A stretch of 64,000 nucleotides of DNA from an uncultured Acidobacteriota bacterium (GTDB lineage: Bacteria > Acidobacteriota > Terriglobia > Terriglobales > SCQP01). The translations under genes and the position numbers were made by a program. The stretch's first letter is position 1; the number at the start of each line of letters is the position of its first letter. The notes under the pieces are model-generated. The model was not told the origin of the DNA and made no database searches. It saw only the letters and a list, made by a program, of their open reading frames with translations. The stretch spans positions 214,545-278,544 of the forward strand of contig CALEJU010000036.1 in the NCBI GenBank assembly GCA_937898755.1. The letters are read 5' to 3'. Of this stretch, positions 17,762-27,142 are shown piece by piece.

Positions 17762-19768
17762 ATGGATTTGAACTTGCATCTGTGGACCATCCCGGCGCTC
17801 TGCTTTTCAGGGTTCCTGCTGAACCTGCTGTTTGGACGGCTCTGGAGCCGGACCGCGGCGGCCATCGTCGGCGTGGGCGTTGTCGGCGCGGCGTTTCTCG
17901 ACGCCCTGTGGGTGGTCTCTCATTGGGGTAGCTTCGTGGCGCCCTACCTGGAAATTCATCGCCCATGGATTCAGACCGGGTCGCTCTACATCCCATTCGG
18001 GTTTCAGCTCGATCAGCTCTCGCTGGTCATGCTGCTGATCGTCACCGGTGTCGGCTTCCTGATCCACCTATATTCAGCCGGATACATGGCGCACGAAGGG
18101 GGCTTTTACCGCTACTTCGCCCTGCTCAATCTCTTCATGTTCTTCATGCTCGTGCTGGTGCTCGCCAACAACTACCTGCTGATGTTCATCGGCTGGGAGG
18201 GTGTTGGTTTCGCCAGCTACATGCTGATCGGCTTCTTCTTCCGGCGCGATTCTGCGGCCAGCGCCGGCATGAAGGCCTTCGTGGTCAACCGTATCGGCGA
18301 CTTCGGTTTCCTGCTGGGTCTGTTTTTGATCTTCAATCACTTCGGCACATTTGAGTTCACCCGGGTCTTCTCCCAAGTGAAACAACTGCCGGTCGAGGCC
18401 GCGTGGCACTGGGCCGGGCCGCTGACGATCATCGCCCTGATGTTGTTCGTGGGCGCCACCGGCAAGTCAGCCCAGATCCCGCTGTACGTCTGGCTGCCGG
18501 ACGCCATGGAAGGCCCCACGCCGGTCTCCGCCCTGATCCACGCCGCCACCATGGTGACCGCCGGCGTGTACATGGTCTGCCGGTCGGCAACCATCTACGA
18601 TCGTGCCCCGTTTGCCGGCTCGGTCGTCCTGGCCATCGGCGCGCTGACCGCACTCTTCGCCGCTTCCATCGGCCTGGTGCAGCGCGACATCAAGAAGGTC
18701 CTTGCTTATTCCACTGTCAGCCAGTTGGGCTACATGTTCATGGCCTGCGGCGCCATGGCCTATGGCGCAGGCGTCTTCCATTTGATGACCCACGCCTTCT
18801 TCAAGGGTTTGCTCTTTCTTGGGGCGGGCAGCGTCATCCATGCCATGAACGGCGAGCAGGACATGTTCCGTATCCAGCAGATGGCGCCCGGCGGCCTGCG
18901 CCGTTACGCCCCCATCACGTTCTGGACCTTCGTTGTCGCCACGTGTGCCATTGCCGGCATTCCCGGCTTCTCCGGCTTCTTCAGCAAGGACTTGATCCTT
19001 TACAGCGTTCTTTCCGGCGGCAACACGCTCTGGTGGGCGGTCGGCACGCTGGCTGCGTTGCTGACGTCGTTCTATATGTTCCGTGCCGTGTTCGTCACCT
19101 TCTTCGGTGAAGGTGAGAAGTCCGTTCATTCCGCTCACCCCACGGGGCGGGAATCCGCGTCGGTCCATGATGTCGCTCACGATCACGAGACGACCGGCAT
19201 GGCCCATGCGGAAGGCCACGGCGTACCTCACGAGTCCCCGCTGACGATGACGCTCCCCTTGATGATCCTGGCCCTCCTCGCTCTCGGCGGCGGGTGGGTC
19301 GGCATCGGCGACCGTTTTGGACACTTCCTCGATCCGGTTTTTGACACCGGCGTTCCCCGTGCCGCCGTCTCGGGCATCACCGAAGGAACAGTGACCCTCA
19401 TTTCGGTCGTCATGGGTTTGCTGGGCTTGGCGGTAGCGTGGTTTCTGTACCTCAGAAGCAAGGGAACGGCCGACAAGCTGGCCGCCGCCTTCTCCGGTCT
19501 ACACCGCACCCTGACCAACAAGTACTGGGTGGATGAGTTCTACCGAGCCGTCATTGTCGTGCCGCTCACTGCCATCGCGCGCTATATCCTCTGGAAGGGC
19601 GTGGACTCCGGCCTGATCGACGGGGTCGTCAACGGGGTGGGTGGGGCCTCGCAGGCGCTGAGCGGTGGCTTGCGCCGCCAGGCGTCAGGCAACTTGCGCA
19701 GCTATGCCTCTTGGATTGGGGCTGGCGCCGTGCTGGCGCTGCTCTACGTGATTGTGGCCGGCCGCTGA
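17762..19768 (+). CDS. nuoL: NADH-quinone oxidoreductase subunit L
   Basis: 668 aa, antiporter-like subunit (GWEGVGFASYMLIGFF, WLPDAMEGPTPVSALIHAATMV). His-rich loop and long C-terminal lateral-helix region. Confidence 0.95.
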   Translation: MDLNLHLWTIPALCFSGFLLNLLFGRLWSRTAAAIVGVGVVGAAFLDALWVVSHWGSFVAPYLEIHRPWIQTGSLYIPFGFQLDQLSLVMLLIVTGVGFLIHLYSAGYMAHEGGFYRYFALLNLFMFFMLVLVLANNYLLMFIGWEGVGFASYMLIGFFFRRDSAASAGMKAFVVNRIGDFGFLLGLFLIFNHFGTFEFTRVFSQVKQLPVEAAWHWAGPLTIIALMLFVGATGKSAQIPLYVWLPDAMEGPTPVSALIHAATMVTAGVYMVCRSATIYDRAPFAGSVVLAIGALTALFAASIGLVQRDIKKVLAYSTVSQLGYMFMACGAMAYGAGVFHLMTHAFFKGLLFLGAGSVIHAMNGEQDMFRIQQMAPGGLRRYAPITFWTFVVATCAIAGIPGFSGFFSKDLILYSVLSGGNTLWWAVGTLAALLTSFYMFRAVFVTFFGEGEKSVHSAHPTGRESASVHDVAHDHETTGMAHAEGHGVPHESPLTMTLPLMILALLALGGGWVGIGDRFGHFLDPVFDTGVPRAAVSGITEGTVTLISVVMGLLGLAVAWFLYLRSKGTADKLAAAFSGLHRTLTNKYWVDEFYRAVIVVPLTAIARYILWKGVDSGLIDGVVNGVGGASQALSGGLRRQASGNLRSYASWIGAGAVLALLYVIVAGR

Positions 19769-19788
19769 TTACTTTCAACGAACTTGCT

Positions 19789-21468
19789 ATGGATGCCTTG
19801 AATCACACCATCATCTCCTGGACGCTGCTGCTGCCCCTGCTCGGTGCGCTCGGCATTGTCCTCGCGCCCAGCGAGCGCGTCGTGCGCTGGCTCGCCGCCA
19901 TCGCCACGGCGGCGACGTTCCTGGTTTCGCTGCACTTGCCGTTTCACTTCGACGCGCAGCAGGGTGGCATGCAGTTCATCCAGAATCTGCCGTGGATCCA
20001 GAGTCTCGACATTCACTATTTTGTGGCTGTGGACGGCATCAGCCTGTGGCTCGTGGTTCTCACCACGCTGCTCACCTTCTTCGGGGTGCTCGTCTCCTGG
20101 AAGGCCATCCACTACAGAGTGAAATTCTTTTACGCTCTCCTCCTGATCCTTGAGACCGGCATGTTGGGCGTTTTCGTCGGGCTCGACCTGATGCTGTTCT
20201 ACACCTTCTGGGAAGTCGCATTGGTTCCCATGGCGCTGCTGATCGGCATCTGGGGTCACGAGCGGCGTATCTACGCGGCGGTCAAGTTCTTCTTATATAC
20301 GCTCGCCGGTTCAGTGTTGATGTTGGCGTCCATCATCTGGCTGCACACCCTTACCGGCTCGTTCAACTACCTGGAAATTCAGCGTCAACTTGCCACCGGA
20401 GTGGTGCGGTTGAGTCCGCACGCCGAGATGGTGCTGTTCCTCGGCTTTTTCCTCGCCTTCGCCATCAAGGTTCCCCTCTTCCCTTTCCACACCTGGTTGC
20501 CAGACGCGCACGTGGAAGCGCCCACTGCCGGCTCGGTTCTGCTTGCTGGAGTCCTCCTGAAGATGGGCCCCTACGGCATGCTGCGCTTCAATCTCGGCCT
20601 GTTCCCCCACGCCTCGGAACGGGCCGCCAAGGTGGTGATCATTCTCGCGCTGATCGGCATCATCTACGGCGCCCTGGTCGCCTTCGTGCAACCCAACATG
20701 AAGAAGTTGGTGGCCTATAGCTCGGTGAGTCACATGGGCTTCATCGTGCTCGGCATCTTCAGCTTCACGCTGCTGGGCACGCAGGGAGCATTGAATCAGA
20801 TGCTGAACCACGGCATCTCAACCGGTGGGCTGTTCATTCTCGTTGGCATGCTTTACGAACGGCGCCATACCTTCGAGCTCGCCGAGTACGGCGGCTTGGC
20901 GACCCAGATGCCGATCTACGCGGCGTTTTTCGTTGTCATCGTCATGTCCTCCGCCGGACTACCGATGCTCAACGGCTTCGTTGGCGAGTTCCTGATTATG
21001 CTGGGAGCCTACACCGCGCGCCACGCCTTCGGGGCCATCGCCGCCACCGGCGTCATTCTTTCCGCCATGTATCTGCTGCGCATGACCAAGGCGACCCTCT
21101 GGGGCGAGAACAGCAATCCCGCCAATGCCACGCTCGCCGACGCCGATACACGCGAACGCTTTGTCCTCGCCGGCATTGTCCTTCTTGCCCTCTACATGGG
21201 CGTACAATCCACTGTTTTCACGCATCCCACTGAAGCGGCCGCCACACAAGCGCTGGCACCGTTCAACGGCGAGGAAAACGTGCGGCTGCGAGCTCCACTT
21301 GCCGACCCGCGCGTCTCAACTCCCCGCTTCGGCGACCCTGCAGGCATAGCCGCGCGATTCCCTGCGCATCCCGCGGCGAGCGCGGCGACGTTCCCCTCCC
21401 CGCACCCTGACCGTACACTCGCGGTCGTGCCCCGGGCAGTTCCCGTTGCAGCCGGAGGCTCCCGATGA
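19789..21468 (+). CDS. nuoM: NADH-quinone oxidoreductase subunit M, with about 85-aa Pro/Ala-rich C-terminal extension
   Basis: ATG at 19789 (MDALNHTIISWTLLLPLLG). Antiporter-like motifs (WLPDAHVEAPTAGSVLLAGVLLKMG). The stop overlaps the nuoN start (ATGA at 21465-21468). Confidence 0.92.
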   Translation: MDALNHTIISWTLLLPLLGALGIVLAPSERVVRWLAAIATAATFLVSLHLPFHFDAQQGGMQFIQNLPWIQSLDIHYFVAVDGISLWLVVLTTLLTFFGVLVSWKAIHYRVKFFYALLLILETGMLGVFVGLDLMLFYTFWEVALVPMALLIGIWGHERRIYAAVKFFLYTLAGSVLMLASIIWLHTLTGSFNYLEIQRQLATGVVRLSPHAEMVLFLGFFLAFAIKVPLFPFHTWLPDAHVEAPTAGSVLLAGVLLKMGPYGMLRFNLGLFPHASERAAKVVIILALIGIIYGALVAFVQPNMKKLVAYSSVSHMGFIVLGIFSFTLLGTQGALNQMLNHGISTGGLFILVGMLYERRHTFELAEYGGLATQMPIYAAFFVVIVMSSAGLPMLNGFVGEFLIMLGAYTARHAFGAIAATGVILSAMYLLRMTKATLWGENSNPANATLADADTRERFVLAGIVLLALYMGVQSTVFTHPTEAAATQALAPFNGEENVRLRAPLADPRVSTPRFGDPAGIAARFPAHPAASAATFPSPHPDRTLAVVPRAVPVAAGGSR

Positions 21469-22940
21469 TCCACATCCCTTTTGTCTTTTATCTCCGCATC
21501 CTCCCGGAAATTGTGCTGACCGCTTTCGGCATGCTGATCATGTTGGTTGAGGGGCCGGCACGTGCCGGAAACCGGGGCAAAGCCACTGGCCGTCTGGCCC
21601 TGACCGGTGCCGTGGCCGGGTTCCTGTCCTGTTTCGTGCAAGCTCGCTATCCCGGCACTGCCTTCAATGACATGTTCCGGGTGGATGCCTTCAGCGTCTT
21701 CTTCCACCTTCTGATTACGGCCGCCACCGTGGCGGTGGTACTCCTGGCCATGGACTACCTTCCCGCCCAAGGGATGGAACGCGGCGAAATATACGCCTTA
21801 CTGCTGTTCGGCACCGTGGGCATGGGCTTCATGGTGGGCTCGGTCGAGCTCATCATGATTTTCCTCAGCCTTGAAATTTCCTCCATCGCAACCTACGTCC
21901 TGGCCGGTTCGCGACGCGATTCCGCGTATTCCACAGAGGCGGCGCTCAAGTACCTGCTGCTGGGATCCTTCGCCACTGCGTTCTTTCTCTACGGCATCGC
22001 CATGACCTATGGCGCGACGGGCACAACGCACATTGACCTGATCGCTGCCGCACCTGGCGTTGCACAGGCGCTCCACGGCGTCCATGGCCTGGTACTGCTC
22101 GGCGCCGGGTTGATGTTCATCGGCCTCGGCTTCAAGGTCTCCGCCGCTCCCTTCCAAATCTGGACCCCCGACGTCTACGAGGGGGCCCCGGCCCCGGTCA
22201 CCGCTTTTATGTCAGCCGGGCCCAAGGCCGCCGCATTCGCCATCTTCTTGCGGATTTTCTACGGCGCCCTCAGCGCCTCCGGCAACACTTGGTTCTGGAT
22301 GGTGTGGGTAGCCGCCATTCTCTCGATGACCATCGGGAACATCGCCGCCCTGCGTCAGCAGAATCTCAAACGCATGCTGGCCTACTCTTCCATTGCGCAT
22401 GCCGGCTATGTCCTGGTGGCCTTTGCCGCCTTGGGGAAGCAGGGCATCGCCGCCGTGATGTTTTATCTTGCCGCATATGTGGCCATGAACATCGGCGCGT
22501 TCGCGGTCATCGCCCATTTCTCTTATCGCGACGAACGCTACGTCGAACTGCGTGATTATGCCGGACTGGGATTTAAGTTTCCCGGCGCTTCCGCCTGCTT
22601 GACGCTGTTTCTCCTCTCGCTGATCGGTATTCCCCTGACCGGAGGATTCCTCGGCAAACTCTTTATTTTCCGGGCGGCCTTGGACGCCCACCTGATTGGT
22701 CTCACCGTCGTCGCCGTGATCAACAGCGCCATTGCGGCCTTTTATTACCTGCGCGTGATGGTGTACTTGTATATGCGGACCCCGGATCGGGAGATCGAAA
22801 AGCCTCTCCCGTCGGGAACATTTGCCGTTGCCTTGGGAGCTTGCGCCGCCGCTGTGTTGTGGCTTGGCATTTTCCCGGACCGGATGCTGGAATTTGCAAC
22901 CCGCTCAGCCAACGCCTTGTTGTTTCATATTGGCCGGTAG
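21465..22940 (+). CDS. nuoN: NADH-quinone oxidoreductase subunit N
   Basis: 491 aa, antiporter-like subunit (WTPDVYEGAPAPVTAFMSAGPKAAAF, NLKRMLAYSSIAHAGY). Confidence 0.93.
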   Translation: MIHIPFVFYLRILPEIVLTAFGMLIMLVEGPARAGNRGKATGRLALTGAVAGFLSCFVQARYPGTAFNDMFRVDAFSVFFHLLITAATVAVVLLAMDYLPAQGMERGEIYALLLFGTVGMGFMVGSVELIMIFLSLEISSIATYVLAGSRRDSAYSTEAALKYLLLGSFATAFFLYGIAMTYGATGTTHIDLIAAAPGVAQALHGVHGLVLLGAGLMFIGLGFKVSAAPFQIWTPDVYEGAPAPVTAFMSAGPKAAAFAIFLRIFYGALSASGNTWFWMVWVAAILSMTIGNIAALRQQNLKRMLAYSSIAHAGYVLVAFAALGKQGIAAVMFYLAAYVAMNIGAFAVIAHFSYRDERYVELRDYAGLGFKFPGASACLTLFLLSLIGIPLTGGFLGKLFIFRAALDAHLIGLTVVAVINSAIAAFYYLRVMVYLYMRTPDREIEKPLPSGTFAVALGACAAAVLWLGIFPDRMLEFATRSANALLFHIGR

Positions 22941-22972
22941 GGACTAGCGCCCTTCCTGAAACAAGTCTCTTT

Positions 22973-23212
22973 ATGACTGCGATTGACGTCGCCTATCGCT
23001 ACAACGGCACTCTTACCCCCACGCAGGTGCGCGCTCTTTCTGATGCTTTTGCGGTCTATGGAGTACGACGCATCGCGGTCGACGAAGCCGGTCAGCTCAT
23101 CACGATCGAGTACGATGCCACGCGCTTGAACAACGAGAGTGTGGCGGCAGTGCTGCGCGGATGCGGTATCGCTGTGGGTGAACAAGTGACCCCCGGCACG
23201 TTGAGCTCGTAG
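22973..23212 (+). CDS. Small hypothetical protein (79 aa) downstream of nuoN
   Basis: ATG at 22973 (MTAIDVAYRYNGTLTPTQVRALSDAFAVYGVRRIAVDEAGQLITIEYDATRLNNESVAAVLRGCGIAV...), 32 nt after nuoN. The beta-alpha-beta-like pattern is reminiscent of ferredoxin-fold or HMA-like domains but lacks a CxxC motif. The coding call is tentative. Confidence 0.4.
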   Translation: MTAIDVAYRYNGTLTPTQVRALSDAFAVYGVRRIAVDEAGQLITIEYDATRLNNESVAAVLRGCGIAVGEQVTPGTLSS

Positions 23213-23292
23213 CGGATGGTCCCCCTTGCGGCACCTGGCTGTCGAGAGCCACGCTGCCACCCTTTGCCGCGATTGCGGACCGCTCCCCGAAG

Positions 23293-25251
23293 TCACTTGA
23301 TGCGCTTGAAGGCCCGTTGGATCTCGCTCATTCCGTAATGCAGCAGCACCGGGCGCCCGTGGGGGCATGTCATCGGAAATCGGGTCTGTGCCAGCGCCCG
23401 CAGCAGCCATTCCATCTTGGATGCTTCCAGGCTCATATTGACCTTGATAGCGGCATGGCACGCGATCGTGGCTGCAATCCGCGTCCGGATGCTTTCCAGG
23501 CTGGTCTCCCGCTCGGATGATTCCGCCACTTCAAGCAATTCCTCAAGCAGCCGTTGCACCTGCTCGGGCTTAATACCCGCGGGGCAGGACTTAATCGTGA
23601 TCGTCCGCTGACCAAACGGCTCCGCCTCGAAGCCGCTCGCCTGCAGCTCGTCGGCAATTTCCTGAAAACGCGCCCACCGTCCGGGGTCCAACTCGAGCAA
23701 GAGCGGCAACAACAGGCGCTGCATCTCGACCCGATTGCCGAGTCGCTGCTCCAGCACCTGCTCAAACAGGACGCGTTCGTGCGCGACGTGCTGATCAATT
23801 AACCACAGCCCCGTGGGTCCGGCGGCCACAATGAAACTTTCACGGATCTGCCCCAACGGGCGCAACTGCACAAGATCCAGCGATTCGGACACTGGCATCC
23901 CCACCACGTCGAGCCCGGGGCCGCAGCCAACCCCACTCTCGCGCACGTAGGCAGGCATCGTCCTCGTCGTCACCGGGCTGAACGGCTCAAACGGCAATCG
24001 TTGAGGCTGCAGCGGTGGTAACTCCGGCGTCAATTGAAACTCTGGCGCCAGATCCATTGTCGAAGCGCCAAGCCCCGCGGCCGGCGCGTCGCGCTCACTT
24101 CGGGATTCCTGCTGCCATTCCTGCGCCGTATCGCCCGTCCATGCCTGGCGGGCGGACGGCCGGGCTCGAACCTCACCCAAAAACGTCGGGATCGGACGCG
24201 AGGCACTCAGCGTCCGGCGCACGCTGTCACGCACCGCATCATGGACAAAGCCCTGCCTTCGGAAGCGGACCTCCACCTTGGAAGGATGCACATTGACGTC
24301 CACTTCCTGGAAAGGCAACTCCAGAAACAGCAGGACGACGGGATAGGTGTTCGAGGGCAACAGATTGCGATAGGCCTCACTGATGGCATGTTGAATCTGT
24401 CGATCGCGCACGAGGCGGCGGTTCACGAAGGTGAAAATAGAATTGCGATTCAGTTTCTGCAGTTCCGGCTTCGACACAAAGCCAAACACTGCCAGCCCAA
24501 CGCCGGACTCCACCTCGTCCGGCTCCGGCGCAGATGCGGGTGCGTCGTAGAGCGGCCATTGCACAACCTCGTTCACTTCGACCAACTGGTCGAGAAGATC
24601 ATGACCGAACACCTGCTGCATGCGCTCGGCATGGTCGCGAGCCGGCACGACGGAAAGCAGGCTGCGGTGCTGGCTTTCCAAATCAAAACGCACCTCGGGA
24701 TAGGCCAATGCGTAATGCGTCACCAGGGTGGCAATGTGGCCCAGCTCGGTAGCCTCGCTCTTCAGGAACTTGCGACGTGCAGGAATATTGTGGAAGAGGT
24801 CTTCCACCGTGACCGCAGTTCCTGGCGGCATTCCCAACTCGCCGACCTTGAGCAGGCGACCGGCGCTGATTTCGACCCGGGTGCCCGCCGTTGACCCGCC
24901 CTCGCGCGCGCACGTTTCGAGGGTCAGCCGCGAGACAGCGGCTATGGAAGGCAGCGCCTCGCCGCGAAAGCCGAGCGTTGGAATCGAGAGCAGATCATCG
25001 CTGTCGCGCAGCTTGCTGGTGGCATGCCGTTCAAAGGCCAGCAGCGCGTCGTCACGTACCATGCCGCAGCCGTCGTCCACCATGCGGATCCGCTTGCGCC
25101 CGCCCGAGTCAACTTCGATGCGAATGTGTCCCGCCCCGGCATCGAGCGCGTTCTCGATCAGCTCTTTCACCACCGAAGCCGGCCGCTCCACCACCTCGCC
25201 GGCGGCGATCTTATTGGCAACGTGATCGGGTAGTACGCGAATCAGGCCCAT
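23293..25251 (-). CDS. mutL: DNA mismatch repair protein MutL
   Basis: 652 aa. GHKL ATPase N-terminus (IAAGEVVERPASVVKELIENALDAGA, DDGCGM, TLGFRGEAL) and a MutL C-terminal dimerisation domain. Confidence 0.95.
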   Translation of the reverse strand: MGLIRVLPDHVANKIAAGEVVERPASVVKELIENALDAGAGHIRIEVDSGGRKRIRMVDDGCGMVRDDALLAFERHATSKLRDSDDLLSIPTLGFRGEALPSIAAVSRLTLETCAREGGSTAGTRVEISAGRLLKVGELGMPPGTAVTVEDLFHNIPARRKFLKSEATELGHIATLVTHYALAYPEVRFDLESQHRSLLSVVPARDHAERMQQVFGHDLLDQLVEVNEVVQWPLYDAPASAPEPDEVESGVGLAVFGFVSKPELQKLNRNSIFTFVNRRLVRDRQIQHAISEAYRNLLPSNTYPVVLLFLELPFQEVDVNVHPSKVEVRFRRQGFVHDAVRDSVRRTLSASRPIPTFLGEVRARPSARQAWTGDTAQEWQQESRSERDAPAAGLGASTMDLAPEFQLTPELPPLQPQRLPFEPFSPVTTRTMPAYVRESGVGCGPGLDVVGMPVSESLDLVQLRPLGQIRESFIVAAGPTGLWLIDQHVAHERVLFEQVLEQRLGNRVEMQRLLLPLLLELDPGRWARFQEIADELQASGFEAEPFGQRTITIKSCPAGIKPEQVQRLLEELLEVAESSERETSLESIRTRIAATIACHAAIKVNMSLEASKMEWLLRALAQTRFPMTCPHGRPVLLHYGMSEIQRAFKRIK

Positions 25252-25320
25252 GGCGAAGTGGGACGGACAGAACGCGAGGTACTCTCCTTCATCTTCTGAC
25301 GCTCCGGTTCCTACGTCCTC

Positions 25321-27132
25321 CTACGATGGTTTGCGCACTTGGAGGCCCAGATCGCGCAACTGAAGGGCGGAGACTTCAGTGGGCGCTTCAACCATCAGAT
25401 CCACAGCCCGAGCGGTTTTAGGGAATGGGATGACCTCACGGATCGATGTATGGCCGGCAAGGATCATGACCAGACGATCAAGTCCCAAGGCGATGCCGCC
25501 GTGCGGCGGCGTTCCGTATTGCAGGGCCTCGAGAAAAAATCCGAAGCGCTGACGCGCTTCTTCGTCCGACATGCCGAGCATCCGGAAGATGGCGGCTTGC
25601 ACCTCAGTCTGGTGAACTCGGATGCTTCCGGAGCCCAGCTCCGTGCCATTGAGGACAATATCGTAGGCTTTTGCCTTGACCGAACCAGGGTCATGCTCGA
25701 AACGGCCCAAATCCTCATCCAGAGGCGACGTAAAGGGGTGATGTGCCGCCGCCCACCGCTTCCCCTCCTCGTCCCACTCAAACATGGGGAACGACGTCAC
25801 CCAAAGAAAGCGAAAGTCCTTGGGATCGAGCAGTCCATGACGTTCCGCAAAACGCTGGCCCAAAGCCAGTCGAATCATCCCCGCATGAGCGCATATTGCC
25901 AGCCGCTCCCGCCGCGCATCAGTCGTGGCTTTCCCCTCTTCTTGAGGTGCTCCCACCAGCACCAGCAGGTCGCCGGCGGTTGCCCCGCTAAGTTCCTGAA
26001 TCCGGGCCGTCGCCGCTGGGAACGTCTTCGCCAGCCGTGCAAAATCCTCAAACAAGCGGATCGGCCGGTTCTCCGCGAGCGGGCGCAATTCGTCCCGTTC
26101 ACGTCGCGACAAGTCTCCCACCTTTGGAATTCGGATGGCGAGCACAGGACCATCTCCACGCAACTTGAGCTGCTCCAGATCACCAGCCGTGAAAGCGTCG
26201 CGCACGTCCATCATCGCCGGCAGGCGCAGATCCGGCTTGTCGTTCCCATAGGCCACCATTGCCTCCTCCCACGTCAGGCGTGGGAACGGAACCTGTACGC
26301 TGAACCCACCGGCTGCGAAGGCGGCGACCAACATGCCTTCCACCATGGCAAAGATCGTCTCCAAGGTTGGAAAACTCATCTCGACGTCAATTTGAGTGAA
26401 CTCTGGTTGCCGGTCGGCGCGCAGGTCCTCGTCGCGGAAACAGCGGACGATCTGGAAGTAGCGGTCACATCCGCCAATCATCAGGATCTGTTTGAACAGT
26501 TGCGGCGATTGCGGCAGGGCGTAAAACATTCCGGGCTGCACGCGACTGGGAACCAGATAATCGCGCGCTCCTTCCGGCGTGCTGCGCGTCATGAAGGGCG
26601 TCTCGATCTCGAGAAAACCGTGTGCGTCAAAATAGCGCCGCACGGCGACCGCCACTTCGTGGCGCAGTCGCAGGTTGCGCTGCATCTCGGGGCGGCGCAG
26701 ATCAATGTAACGGTACTTGAGGCGGGTCTCCTCGGCCGTGGGCGTATCACCATCCAGCATGAACGGCGGAGTCCGGGCGTCGTTCAGCACGTACAAACGT
26801 TGTGCGATCAGCTCGACATCCCCCGTGCTGATATTCGGGTTCAACGTGCCCGCATCCCGCTGCACGATCTTTCCGGCGACGGCAATGACGAACTCCGAAC
26901 GCAGATGGCTGGCGCGCGCATGCAACTCGGCCGCAACTTCGCGGTTGATCACCACCTGGCAAAGGCCGGTGCGATCCCGCAAATCCAGGAAAAGCAGTGC
27001 GCCGAGATCGCGACGGCGCTGCACCCAGCCCATCAGAACAACCTGTTCTCCGGCGTGCGTGGACCGCAGATCACCACAATAATGAGTGCGTTGCAGCGCA
27101 CCCAAAGCATCGAGTTGCAAAGTATCCGTCAT
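25321..27132 (-). CDS. aspS: Aspartate--tRNA ligase
   Basis: The ATG at 27132 (MTDTLQLDALGALQRTHYCGDLR) is preferred over the track start at 27168, which would overlap the upstream gene. OB-fold anticodon-binding domain and class II motifs (FRDEDLRADRQPEFTQID, GSIRVH, GGIALGLDR). Confidence 0.95.
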   Translation of the reverse strand: MTDTLQLDALGALQRTHYCGDLRSTHAGEQVVLMGWVQRRRDLGALLFLDLRDRTGLCQVVINREVAAELHARASHLRSEFVIAVAGKIVQRDAGTLNPNISTGDVELIAQRLYVLNDARTPPFMLDGDTPTAEETRLKYRYIDLRRPEMQRNLRLRHEVAVAVRRYFDAHGFLEIETPFMTRSTPEGARDYLVPSRVQPGMFYALPQSPQLFKQILMIGGCDRYFQIVRCFRDEDLRADRQPEFTQIDVEMSFPTLETIFAMVEGMLVAAFAAGGFSVQVPFPRLTWEEAMVAYGNDKPDLRLPAMMDVRDAFTAGDLEQLKLRGDGPVLAIRIPKVGDLSRRERDELRPLAENRPIRLFEDFARLAKTFPAATARIQELSGATAGDLLVLVGAPQEEGKATTDARRERLAICAHAGMIRLALGQRFAERHGLLDPKDFRFLWVTSFPMFEWDEEGKRWAAAHHPFTSPLDEDLGRFEHDPGSVKAKAYDIVLNGTELGSGSIRVHQTEVQAAIFRMLGMSDEEARQRFGFFLEALQYGTPPHGGIALGLDRLVMILAGHTSIREVIPFPKTARAVDLMVEAPTEVSALQLRDLGLQVRKPS

Positions 27133-27142
27133 GAGTCGCAGG

